Source: Thermoplasmata archaeon (GTDB taxonomy: Archaea; Thermoplasmatota; Thermoplasmata; RBG-16-68-12). Taken from it: DNA of 64,000 bases. The number at the start of each line of letters is the position of its first letter. The first letter of the stretch is position 1. The notes under the pieces are model-generated. The model made no database searches. It saw only the letters and a list, made by a program, of their open reading frames with translations, and was not told where the DNA came from. The DNA lies in the NCBI GenBank assembly GCA_036395115.1, contig DASWDU010000011.1, forward strand, positions 549-64,548. Direction: 5' to 3'. Below are positions 16,873 through 25,462 of the stretch, piece by piece. The position numbers and the translations under genes are program-made.

Positions 16873-19326
16873 ATGGGCTCGGTGCGACCGGCCGGCTTGG
16901 CCCTCGGGGCCGCCCTCCTCCTGTTCTGGGCCGTCGTCGGGCCGTCGATCGGACAGAATCCGGCGGGCCGGATGATCGTCGCGACGGACTACGAGCTCTT
17001 CGGGACCTCGGACTTGCGCGGCGGCGGTCACGTCTCGTGGACCTTCACGGGATCGAAGGCCGCGGAGTTCCGCGCGAGGCTCATCCACATGTTCGACGAG
17101 TACGACATCGTCCCGCGTGGCTTCCCCGAGTCCGGCGCCTCGATTCTCGCGAACCGCGACGGGCGGCTCGACGCGGCGGAGGGACTCGTCTATACGGACC
17201 GCCTCGAGGTGATGCTCGAACGCCCCCCGGCGACAACGCTCCCCGGCACACCCGTGCAGTACATGAACCTCGGTCGCTTCAATCTGCGGGAGGACGATCC
17301 GAGCGATCGGGACACAGGTTTCCGGCGGAGCACCGCCGGCCTCGCGGGGGAGGATCTCAATTCCACTGCCGATGTCGTCATCCGCTTTCTCTTCGAGGCC
17401 TATTCGACCACGGCGAACGCACGCGTGCCGCTCCCGACGCCGGTCTTGGCGGAGGCTCCGTATGCCTTCTTTTCCTATGAGGCACAGCAGTCGCCGACGA
17501 TGACGCCGTCGGGCTTTCTTCCGGACGTCTGGCCGTTCTTGCACGAAGGCGGTTGGCACAACAATACCACCGCGGACGGGAGGAAAGCGATGTGGGCGGG
17601 CAACGACACGACCGGCGCGTACGACAACAACACCGTCGCCGCCACCCGGACGACCGCGGATCCCGCCCTCGCGCGCGCTTCGTCGTTCTACGAGCCGTTC
17701 GATCTACGGTTCGCATCTCACGCGTGGGTGACGTTCAACTACACGGGCCAGGTCGCGGACCCGAACGACCGGCTGCATCTGCAGATCGCGCAGGAGCCTT
17801 CCTTGACGATATGGACGAACCTGTCGTTCGGGCCATCGTTCGATCTGCCGTCGACGCCTGTCGGCTCATGGACGAACGCGACCGTGGACCTGGACGCGTA
17901 CCTCGGGCAGCGCGTACGGCTCCGCCTGAACTTCACTTCCGACGGGACGGGGAGCGGGCCGGGCTTCTTCATCCGAGATTTCGCCTTGCACGCGCCGGCC
18001 GACTACGAGGGCGAAGTCGTCGAGACGGATTCGCACTACCTGGTCGGCACGCTCAGCTTCTCCGATCCCGCACTCGTCTCCGGCGGCACTCAGCTCATCC
18101 GAACGCCCGGGGGCGAGATCCTGTACTACACGTCGGCGTGGGACGCGAGCGCCCCGGCTCCCGACTCAATTCGCTTCCGCACCCTCGACCTCACCGAGAA
18201 CCCGCAAGTCCTGTTCGGAGTCATGCTCGTGGCGTCGCACGCCATCTCGCGTCTCCAGAACGGCGCCTACCACCGGTACCGCGAGTCCCATCCGAGCGTT
18301 TTTCGGCCGGCGGTGCACAGGGTGAAATGGCTGCACAACATCGGCCGCGTCGCGATCGGTGTGCTGATCCTCTTCTACTTCGTCCCGACGGCCCTGGGAG
18401 TGGTCGGCCTTCGCACCTTCGTCTCGGGGCCCGCATACTGGTTCCTCTCCTTGACCCTCGCCTTGCTCGTCGGATTCGGCACGCGGGCGTACTACCGGCA
18501 GAGACTCGAGGAGGCGCCGCCTCCCGTGGTTGGCGCTCCACCCATCCTCGAGGGGCGAGAAGAGGTCCCGCCCTCGCCCGAACCGGTGGCCGTGTTCGCC
18601 CACTGCACGCACTGTCTGCGCGAGGTGCGGGAAGGCGACAAGACGTACAACTGCACGTGCGGCGCGGTGTACCACCTCAGCTGTGCTGCCGGCCTGATGC
18701 GTTGCGCGAACTGCCGAAAACCGATCGCCCTCGAGGTCGTCCGGGAGAAGAAGGTCGTCTCGATGCGGTGCGAGTCGTGCGGCGAGCTGCAGGTGATCCC
18801 GGAGGGCGCCGATCCCCGCGCGGTCACATGCGAGCACTGCGGCGGCCGCCTCCGCCACCTGGACACGGGCAAGCGGTACCTGATCGTCGCGAACAATCCC
18901 GCGATCGCGTTCGCGTGGATGCACGACCTGACGCAGGGCGGCAAGCCGTCCCTCTGCTTCTCGCCTGCGGCCCCGGACCGGCTCCGGCTCGAGTTCGGCG
19001 GCGAGGACGTGCAGTTCTTGCAGGTCTCCTCGCAGGCGCCGAACGCAATCGATCCGCACAAGCTCGATCCCGCCGGGCTGCGGGCGATCCTACCGCTCGC
19101 GCGGCAGGGCAAGGGTGGTGTCATCCTGTACGACGGCCTGGATCAGATCGTCTCGGACGCGTCTCTGGGCGACGTGATCCGCTTCCTCCGAAAGGCCAAC
19201 GACATGGCGTTCGTGCACGGGGTCACGGTGGTCGCGCGCGTCTCGCCCGGCCTTCTCCCGGACCCGGACCTCCGGCGGCTTCGCGCGGAGTTCGACGAGT
19301 ACATGGACCTCTCGGCCCAGATGTGA
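16873..19326 (+). CDS. large exported membrane protein: signal peptide, ~480-aa extracellular region, TM segments, cytoplasmic four-CxxC zinc-binding module and a C-terminal DUF835 domain
   Basis: ATG MGSVRPAGLALGAALLLFWAV is followed by a hydrophobic signal. TM helices lie around aa 500-560. The Cys cluster is CTHC...CTCG...CANC...CESCG...CEHCG. The C-terminus (RYLIVANNP...VILYDGLDQIVSD...) matches the DUF835 pattern. Confidence 0.65.
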   Translation: MGSVRPAGLALGAALLLFWAVVGPSIGQNPAGRMIVATDYELFGTSDLRGGGHVSWTFTGSKAAEFRARLIHMFDEYDIVPRGFPESGASILANRDGRLDAAEGLVYTDRLEVMLERPPATTLPGTPVQYMNLGRFNLREDDPSDRDTGFRRSTAGLAGEDLNSTADVVIRFLFEAYSTTANARVPLPTPVLAEAPYAFFSYEAQQSPTMTPSGFLPDVWPFLHEGGWHNNTTADGRKAMWAGNDTTGAYDNNTVAATRTTADPALARASSFYEPFDLRFASHAWVTFNYTGQVADPNDRLHLQIAQEPSLTIWTNLSFGPSFDLPSTPVGSWTNATVDLDAYLGQRVRLRLNFTSDGTGSGPGFFIRDFALHAPADYEGEVVETDSHYLVGTLSFSDPALVSGGTQLIRTPGGEILYYTSAWDASAPAPDSIRFRTLDLTENPQVLFGVMLVASHAISRLQNGAYHRYRESHPSVFRPAVHRVKWLHNIGRVAIGVLILFYFVPTALGVVGLRTFVSGPAYWFLSLTLALLVGFGTRAYYRQRLEEAPPPVVGAPPILEGREEVPPSPEPVAVFAHCTHCLREVREGDKTYNCTCGAVYHLSCAAGLMRCANCRKPIALEVVREKKVVSMRCESCGELQVIPEGADPRAVTCEHCGGRLRHLDTGKRYLIVANNPAIAFAWMHDLTQGGKPSLCFSPAAPDRLRLEFGGEDVQFLQVSSQAPNAIDPHKLDPAGLRAILPLARQGKGGVILYDGLDQIVSDASLGDVIRFLRKANDMAFVHGVTVVARVSPGLLPDPDLRRLRAEFDEYMDLSAQM

Positions 19327-19327
19327 T

Positions 19328-19897
19328 TCAGACGTCCGGCGGGCCGCCCCAACGCGGACCCAAGCCGTGCTCGACCCCGAGGTGGTCGAGGATCCGCGCG
19401 ACGACGAAGTCGACGAGGTCGTCGATCCGCTTCGGCTTGCCGTAGAACCCCGGAGAGGCAGGGAGGATCACGACGCCGAGGCGCGCGAGTTTGAGCATGT
19501 TCTCCAGCGTCACGGCGCCGAGCGGCGTCTCCCTCGGCACGAGGATGAGCGTCCTCCGCTCCTTCATCGCGACGGCCGCGGCCCGCGTCACGAGGTTGTC
19601 CGCGATGCCCGTGGCGATTTTCGCGAGGGTCGTGCCGCTGCATGGGACGACGACGAGGGCACGGAAGGGATGCGATCCGGACGCGGGTCCGGCCGCGAGA
19701 TCGTCCCCGGTATAGATCGTCCGGGCGCCCGCGGCGAACTCTTTGACAGAGAGCCCCGCCTCGACGTCGATGACGGCCTCCGCGTCTCGCGTCACGATGA
19801 GGTCCGCGCGGTCGCCGAGGGCCTCGATTAGTCGACGGGCGTACACGACGCCGGAGGCTCCAGTGACGCCCAGCAGGATTCGGGACTCCGGGCCCAC
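19328..19897 (-). CDS. ubiX: flavin prenyltransferase UbiX (PAD1 family)
   Basis: ILLGVTGASG flavoprotein motif. 189 aa, with typical UbiX conservation. Confidence 0.85.
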   Translation of the reverse strand: MGPESRILLGVTGASGVVYARRLIEALGDRADLIVTRDAEAVIDVEAGLSVKEFAAGARTIYTGDDLAAGPASGSHPFRALVVVPCSGTTLAKIATGIADNLVTRAAAVAMKERRTLILVPRETPLGAVTLENMLKLARLGVVILPASPGFYGKPKRIDDLVDFVVARILDHLGVEHGLGPRWGGPPDV

Positions 19898-20069
19898 GCC
19901 GGCGGAAGAGGCTCGGCGTGCGGATGAAGGTTCCGCGCCGGGCTATCGCCGTACGGCCATGCCGACGAGGCCAGGAAGCGGTTCCTTGGCAGGTGCGTCA
20001 TCTTCATCGCGGGAGGCGGCTGTAGGCGGCGGGGCGAAAAGAGTAACTTCTCTGGAGGAATTTCCGGGC

Positions 20070-20579
20070 GTGCCTCGCGTGCGCGTCCGTCGCGCGACCC
20101 TGAAGGACTTGGACCTCCTCGTCCGCCATCGGCGCGGGATGTGGGAGGCGGTCGCCGACCTGTCCGTGCGCGATCTCGACGCCGCAGACCGCGTGTACCG
20201 ACGCTGGGCCCGGGCGCGCATCCGTTCCGGGCGGCTCGTTGCTTTCATCGTCGAGCAGGATGGCGTGGCGGTGGCGAGCGGCTGCGTGTGGATCATGGCG
20301 GTCCAGCCGAGACCGCTCTGGAAAGGCACCCGCGCCGCGTATCTCTTATCGATGTTCACTGAGCCGAGCCACCGCGGCCGAGGGCACGCGACACGGGTCG
20401 TCCGCGCCGCCGTCCGCTGGGCGAAAGCGCGGGGAATCGACGTGATGCTCCTCCACGCGTCTCGGTTCGGCGAGCCGATTTACCGGAAGGAAGGTTTCGA
20501 GCCAACCACGGAGATGCGGCGCTTTCTCTCCACGCAGCGCCGCCGACGCCTGCCGAACCCGTCTCCGGCCTCCCGGTAG
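20070..20579 (+). CDS. GNAT-family N-acetyltransferase
   Basis: GTG start preceded by GGAGGA. Acetyl-CoA binding region (HRGRGHATRVVRAAVRWAKARG). 169 aa. Confidence 0.7.
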   Translation: MPRVRVRRATLKDLDLLVRHRRGMWEAVADLSVRDLDAADRVYRRWARARIRSGRLVAFIVEQDGVAVASGCVWIMAVQPRPLWKGTRAAYLLSMFTEPSHRGRGHATRVVRAAVRWAKARGIDVMLLHASRFGEPIYRKEGFEPTTEMRRFLSTQRRRRLPNPSPASR

Positions 20580-20794
20580 TTTCCTCCGGTGGGAGCACGC
20601 AACCTTCGTGTGAGCGAGAATTCGTATTGCAAGCCATGGAAGCGGAGTGGTTTCGCCGTCGTTCGCTCCCCATAGCATGCCGGAGCTCCGAGTCTTGGCA
20701 GAGTGACGTTAACCAGTCAGAAAGGTCTCGGCGTCCCTGGAGGGACCCTTCCTCCGTTAATGCGGGCCGGTTGCCACACAGGGCCATGCTGCTG

Positions 20795-21280
20795 TTACGC
20801 CTTGGTAACGGACGTGATTGTGAGGTTCGACCTGTCCGTGCTCGGGCAGGGCCATCCGCCGTGGTCGGGCCCGTTCACCGAGCTGCTTCTCGTAATTTGA
20901 GAACCCAACGGTACGAAATACTGATTCTTTCCCGCGGAATCGCCGTTCACGTAAAACATCACGCTAGCGAAGCCATTTGCATTGCCCGTGTTGACCAGAG
21001 TGAATGTCCACCTGAATGTGTAGTAATATGGACCGAAGAGGCCGCAGCCCGACTGTGTGTATGCGGCGTCAGTCAAGGTGATCTTGGGCGTGGCTGCAGA
21101 TTGCTGTGCGAGCGGGATTCCGAATCCCCAAGCCAATCCCACGATGACAACAGCAACTATGGCAATTACGACGTAGCGAGCAATGTGGCTCGGCCTCAGC
21201 GGCGCTCGTGGGACGTCGGGCGGCGGCGGTTGTTCGTACGGTGGCTCATAAGGTGGCTCCGAAGGTCCAGAAGGCTGCAT
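20795..21280 (-). CDS. hypothetical single-pass membrane/exported protein with a Pro-rich cytoplasmic N-terminus
   Basis: 161 aa. PPYEPPYEQPPPP repeat, then one TM helix, then a beta-rich ectodomain. Lies in a locally low-GC (~52%) islet. Confidence 0.5.
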   Translation of the reverse strand: MQPSGPSEPPYEPPYEQPPPPDVPRAPLRPSHIARYVVIAIVAVVIVGLAWGFGIPLAQQSAATPKITLTDAAYTQSGCGLFGPYYYTFRWTFTLVNTGNANGFASVMFYVNGDSAGKNQYFVPLGSQITRSSSVNGPDHGGWPCPSTDRSNLTITSVTKA

Positions 21281-21473
21281 CTCCTCCTCCGGAGTGTATC
21301 GCGACGCGGTGTACTCAATGGTTTCGGTCGTTTCGCGGCGAGGGAAAACGGCTCACAATCAAGCTGCACCACAAGACGGACCGAGCTTCGCTCTCGTGCC
21401 ACGGTGGGAACGCATTCAAGACCTTGCGACCGAGTGCGGCAATGATGCTATGCGACAATTCCCCGCCCCAAGC

Positions 21474-21500
21474 CTTCATATACGACCTCGATTTATGAAG
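21474..21500 (+). promoter_or_regulatory. AT-rich TATA-like elements (CTTCATATACG / ATTTATGA) upstream of rps19e
   Basis: 15-40 nt upstream of the ATG at 21515, consistent with a short-leader archaeal promoter. Confidence 0.3.
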
Positions 21501-21514
21501 CCCGAATTCACCGA

Positions 21515-21988
21515 GTGTCGACGATGACGACCGCCTACGACGTGCCTCCCGCCCTCTTGATTGAGCGGCTGAAGGACCACCTGCAGAAGGAGGGCAAGAT
21601 CAAGCCGCCGGAGTGGGCCGCGTTCGCCCGCACGGGGGTGCATACGGAGAAGGCGCCGACCCAGAGCGACTGGTGGTATCGGCGAGTCGCGGCGGTCCTC
21701 CGAAAAGTCTACCTCCGAGGGCCCGTCGGCACGACGCGCCTCGCGGCGGAGTTCGGCGGGCGCCGGGACGATGGCTCCGCCCCCTACCATCCGCGGCGCG
21801 GGTCGCGGTCGATCGCACGGGAGGCGATGCAGCAGCTCGAGTCGATGGGCCTGCTCGCGAAGACGGACAAGCGGGGCCGCTCGATCAGCCCCCAGGGCCG
21901 GAAACTCCTCGACGCCTTGTCCCACGAGATCCTGAAGGAGCTCGCCGTGACGATGCCGGAGCTGGCGAAGTACGCCGGAGGGCCCTGA
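21515..21988 (+). CDS. rps19e: 30S ribosomal protein S19e
   Basis: Full-length match to S19e ([16 protein letters not shown]...[13 protein letters not shown]). Confidence 0.9.
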   Translation: MSTMTTAYDVPPALLIERLKDHLQKEGKIKPPEWAAFARTGVHTEKAPTQSDWWYRRVAAVLRKVYLRGPVGTTRLAAEFGGRRDDGSAPYHPRRGSRSIAREAMQQLESMGLLAKTDKRGRSISPQGRKLLDALSHEILKELAVTMPELAKYAGGP

Positions 21989-21991
21989 TCG

Positions 21992-22327
21992 ATGTCGTTG
22001 GACGACGACGAGCTCGAGGCGATCCGCCGGAGGAAGCTGCAGGAACTGCAGCAGGCCCAGGTCCAAGCCGCGGCGGACCAGCAGTACCGGGACCAGATCC
22101 AGGCCCAGCGACAGCAGATCATGCGGCAGATCCTGACGCCGGAGGCACGGGAGCGACTCGGCCGCATCGAGCTCGCCTATCCGGAGCTGAAGGAGAGCAT
22201 CGAGAACCAGCTCATCGCGCTCGCCCAGAGCGGACGCGTGCAGCGCGCGATCGACGACGCGACGTTGCGGCAGATCCTGGAGCGCGTGATCCCGCGGAAG
22301 CGGGACATCAAGATCGAGAGGCGCTGA
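21992..22327 (+). CDS. PDCD5/TFAR19-like dsDNA-binding protein
   Basis: 111 aa with a Gln-rich coiled N-terminus and a PDCD5 domain. Conserved position between rps19e and rpl39e. Confidence 0.8.
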   Translation: MSLDDDELEAIRRRKLQELQQAQVQAAADQQYRDQIQAQRQQIMRQILTPEARERLGRIELAYPELKESIENQLIALAQSGRVQRAIDDATLRQILERVIPRKRDIKIERR

Positions 22328-22329
22328 CG

Positions 22330-22485
22330 ATGGCCCGCAACAAGCCGTACGCAAAGAAGCTGCGGCTCCTGAAAAAGGTGAAGGCGAACCGTCGCGTGCC
22401 CGCATGGGTGATCCAGCGGACGAAGCGGAACTTCACGCGGCATCCGAAGCGCCGCTCGTGGCGCCGCAACAAGCTGAAGGCGTGA
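22330..22485 (+). CDS. rpl39e: 50S ribosomal protein L39e
   Basis: 51-aa basic protein [35 protein letters not shown]... Confidence 0.85.
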   Translation: MARNKPYAKKLRLLKKVKANRRVPAWVIQRTKRNFTRHPKRRSWRRNKLKA

Positions 22486-22488
22486 GCC

Positions 22489-22752
22489 ATGGCGGAGCAG
22501 GAAGAGGAACGCATCATGGTCGTGCCCCTCAGGGCCGCCTGGGCGGCCTCCCGGACGAAGCGCACGCCCCGGGCGATCAAGGCGATCCGGGAGCACGTGC
22601 AGCGGCACCTCAAGCCGGACCGCATCTTCATCGACGACGTGCTGAACGAATACCTATGGAAGCGGGGCCGCGAGCACCCGCCGCGCCGCATCCGCATCAA
22701 GGCGATCAAATTCGAGGACGGGTCCGCCGTCGTGAGTCTGCCGGAGGATTGA
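22489..22752 (+). CDS. rpl31e: 50S ribosomal protein L31e
   Basis: 87 aa with L31e conservation (VPLRAAW...IKAIREHVQRH...VLNEYLWKRG). Confidence 0.9.
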   Translation: MAEQEEERIMVVPLRAAWAASRTKRTPRAIKAIREHVQRHLKPDRIFIDDVLNEYLWKRGREHPPRRIRIKAIKFEDGSAVVSLPED

Positions 22753-22761
22753 GGGACCTAT

Positions 22762-23415
22762 TTGCTCCGCCGGCTCGACATCGCAGGGAACCCCTACATC
22801 GGAGTTTTCTGCGCGGCGAACGACGAGCTGCTCCTGGTCGCCCCCGACGTCCCGAAGTCCGCGATCCGCCGCATGGACGAGGCGCTCCAGACGACGCACG
22901 TCGTCACGTCCGTCGCCCACTCGACCGTCGTTGGTTCGCTCGTCGCGATGAACTCGAAGGGGATCCTCGCCTCCCCATTCATCGAAGAGGCCGAGCTCGA
23001 TGCGATCGGGGACGCCGTGTATCCGCTCCCGCACCGGCTGAGCGCGGTGGGCAACAACATCCTGTCCAACGACCACGGCGCCGTCGTGCATCCGAACTAT
23101 GACGACGAAGCGGTCGCATTCATCCACAAGTCGCTCGGCGTGCCGGTCGTACGCGGGACGATCGCCGGGATCAAGACGGTCGGCTCGGTTGCCGTCGCGA
23201 CGAACAAGGGCGTCCTATGCCATCCGCATGCGCGACCTGGCGAGCTCGAACTCCTCAAGTCGACGCTCCAAGTCCCCGTGCACATCACGACGGCGAACTA
23301 CGGCGCGGCGCAGGTCGGCGCGTCCATGGTCGCGAACGCGCACGGTGCGGTCGTCGGCTCCCGGACCACGCCGATTGAGCTCGGGCGAATCGAGGAAGGC
23401 CTCGGGTTGTTCTAG
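22762..23415 (+). CDS. eif6: translation initiation factor 6 (aIF6)
   Basis: 217 aa with the pentameric repeat pattern of eIF6 (GNPYIGVFCAANDELLLV...). Confidence 0.9.
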   Translation: MLRRLDIAGNPYIGVFCAANDELLLVAPDVPKSAIRRMDEALQTTHVVTSVAHSTVVGSLVAMNSKGILASPFIEEAELDAIGDAVYPLPHRLSAVGNNILSNDHGAVVHPNYDDEAVAFIHKSLGVPVVRGTIAGIKTVGSVAVATNKGVLCHPHARPGELELLKSTLQVPVHITTANYGAAQVGASMVANAHGAVVGSRTTPIELGRIEEGLGLF

Positions 23416-23666
23416 CTCACGGGTTCCTGATCGTCTGAGATTCTGTCACGTTCGCGGATGGTGGCCTTCGTTGGCCGCCTCTATGGTCGTATCGGGGAGA
23501 GGTCGGCGGATGTGAGAATCCGGACGGAGCTGCCACCACATTGGCTTCCGGTGCAAGGGCGGCGGTCCGCGGGTATGGAGTCGGAATGCGTCGCCTATCC
23601 TCGTGGATGAGTAGACTATCTGCCCTTGTGACCACCGGGCTTTGTGACAACAATCGTCCGACAAGT

Positions 23667-23678
23667 TTGATATATCAA
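23667..23678 (+). promoter_or_regulatory. palindromic TATA box TTGATATATCAA upstream of the DUF373 gene
   Basis: Perfect 12-nt palindrome in a ~280-bp low-GC intergenic region, ~25 nt upstream of the ATG at 23701. Implies a leaderless mRNA. Confidence 0.45.
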
Positions 23679-23700
23679 GGGACGGGTAAGCAAGGCGTCC

Positions 23701-24798
23701 ATGAAGACGCTCGTCCTCTGCGTGGATCGAGACGACGACATCGGGGCGAAGACGGGGCTCCGGGGTCCGATCGTCGGGCGCGATGCGAACTTGGCCGCGG
23801 CCATGCGGCTCGCGATCGCCGACCCGGAGGATTCCGACGTCAACGCGCTCTTCAGTGCGATTTCGATTTTCGACGGTTACTGGAGGGAGAATCCGGACGC
23901 CGAGATCGCGACGATCTGCGGCGATGTGCACGTCGGCACGGTGTCGGATATCGAGCTGACGCGGCAGCTCGATCAGATCCTCCGGGACCTCCGCCCGGAG
24001 CGCGTGTTCCTCGTGTCCGACGGTGCGGAGGACGAGGCGTTCGCCCCGATCATCAGCTCCCGGATCCGGGTCGACCACGTGCGTCGCGTGTACGTGCGGC
24101 AGACGCCCACGGCGGAGTCGCTCTACTACACGCTCGGGCGGCAACTGAAGAATCCGAGGGTGCGACGGAAGATCGTCGCCCCGCTGGGCTTCGTCCTGCT
24201 CTTGTTCGGGGCGATCTACTTGGCGTGGCCCACCGCGGCGGGGGGCTTGGCGCTGCTCCTGGCCGGCTTCTACCTGATCGTGATCTCGTTGCCCGTCAGC
24301 AGCTTCCGGGATGTCTTCGAGAAGGGCGGTCACTACTACCAGCGCGTGCGGGATTCCGTCGCCTCCGGAGAACTGGCGATTTTCTTCAACGTGTCCGCGC
24401 TCATCTTGATCCTCGTGGGCGTGTTCTTCGGCGCCGATCTCGCGAGTCGCTCGGGCGAGACGTCGTACGTGGCGAGGTTCCTCTCGTTCGTCTTCGGGTC
24501 GGTCTGGTTCTTCGTCATCGGCGCGCTGGCTTTCGAAGGCGGGAAGGTGATCGACGCCTACCTGAAGCGGCGCCGGGCGCCGGGTCACGCGCTCGCCGTC
24601 GCGGTCTCGTTCGTCGCGATGGGCCTCCTCGTCCTGGGGATGACCCAGATCCTGCAGACAATCTTAGCCGGGTACAACCCCGCCGCCTCGCTCCCCCTGA
24701 TCTACTTGAGCATCGGGCTCGCCGTATTCCTGGTCGCGGTGACGGGTCTCTCGTACCGGAGCCGCGAGGAACGGAAAGATCGACCTGAGGACGGTTAG
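23701..24798 (+). CDS. DUF373-family archaeal membrane protein
   Basis: N-terminal MKTLVLCVDRDDDIGAKTG...ADPEDSDVNALFSAISIFD is the DUF373 signature, followed by a C-terminal multi-TM region. Confidence 0.75.
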   Translation: MKTLVLCVDRDDDIGAKTGLRGPIVGRDANLAAAMRLAIADPEDSDVNALFSAISIFDGYWRENPDAEIATICGDVHVGTVSDIELTRQLDQILRDLRPERVFLVSDGAEDEAFAPIISSRIRVDHVRRVYVRQTPTAESLYYTLGRQLKNPRVRRKIVAPLGFVLLLFGAIYLAWPTAAGGLALLLAGFYLIVISLPVSSFRDVFEKGGHYYQRVRDSVASGELAIFFNVSALILILVGVFFGADLASRSGETSYVARFLSFVFGSVWFFVIGALAFEGGKVIDAYLKRRRAPGHALAVAVSFVAMGLLVLGMTQILQTILAGYNPAASLPLIYLSIGLAVFLVAVTGLSYRSREERKDRPEDG

Positions 24799-24814
24799 CG
24801 CCGCCGGGGTTCCG

Positions 24815-25462
24815 ATGGACTTCGAGGCGTGGGAGCCGTTTTACGTCCAGATCTTGAAGGACTTCGGCTTTTCCCGGGACGCCGACGAGGCCGTCGCGGC
24901 CGAGCTGGACCGGATCTTGACGGGGACGCGCGCGGCGGACGCCGATCTGCGGCGCCTGATTCGGGGCAAGGAGGTGACGGTCGCCGGGAACGGCCCGAAC
25001 GTCGAGGACGAAATCGCCGACGCCCAGGGGGTCCTCGTGGCCGCGGACGAGGCCACTTCGGTCGCGCTCGCGTCGGGAAGGCTCCCGTCCGTCCTCGTCA
25101 CGGACCTCGACGGGACCGTCTCGGACCAGGTGAAGGCGAACCAGGAGGGGACCGTCGCGGTCGTGCACGGCCATGGGGACAACGGGCCCGCCGTGCGGGA
25201 ATGGGCCCCCCGTTTCTCCGGCCCGACGGTGGCGACCACGCAGTCGCGGCCCGCCGGCGGGCTCCGCAACTTCGGCGGCTTCACGGACGGCGACCGGGGG
25301 GTCTTCCTGGCGGACCATTTCGGCGCCCGGCGGATCCACCTCGTCGGGTTCGACTTCGAGCGTCCCAACGCGAAGGACACGGACCGCCGGATGAAGCAGC
25401 GGAAGCTCGACTGGGCGTACGTCCTGCTGAGCAGCCTGGACCGCGACGACCTCGCACTCTAG
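24815..25462 (+). CDS. mptE: DUF115 / MptE-like 6-hydroxymethyl-7,8-dihydropterin pyrophosphokinase
   Basis: 215 aa with DUF115 pattern (VTVAGNGPN...VLVTDLDG...VVHGHGDN...HLVGFDF). Confidence 0.65.
   Translation: MDFEAWEPFYVQILKDFGFSRDADEAVAAELDRILTGTRAADADLRRLIRGKEVTVAGNGPNVEDEIADAQGVLVAADEATSVALASGRLPSVLVTDLDGTVSDQVKANQEGTVAVVHGHGDNGPAVREWAPRFSGPTVATTQSRPAGGLRNFGGFTDGDRGVFLADHFGARRIHLVGFDFERPNAKDTDRRMKQRKLDWAYVLLSSLDRDDLAL

Noticed and set aside
17553-19445. 630-aa plus-strand ORF in an alternate frame inside the large DUF835 protein gene
   Set aside because: A different frame of the same strand with Arg/Pro low complexity. The 16873 frame has a signal peptide, TM helices and domain motifs.
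23446-24588. 380-aa minus-strand ORF opposite the DUF373 gene
   Set aside because: The plus strand gives the canonical DUF373 N-terminus and TM helices. The minus-strand frame is R/D/E/P-rich.
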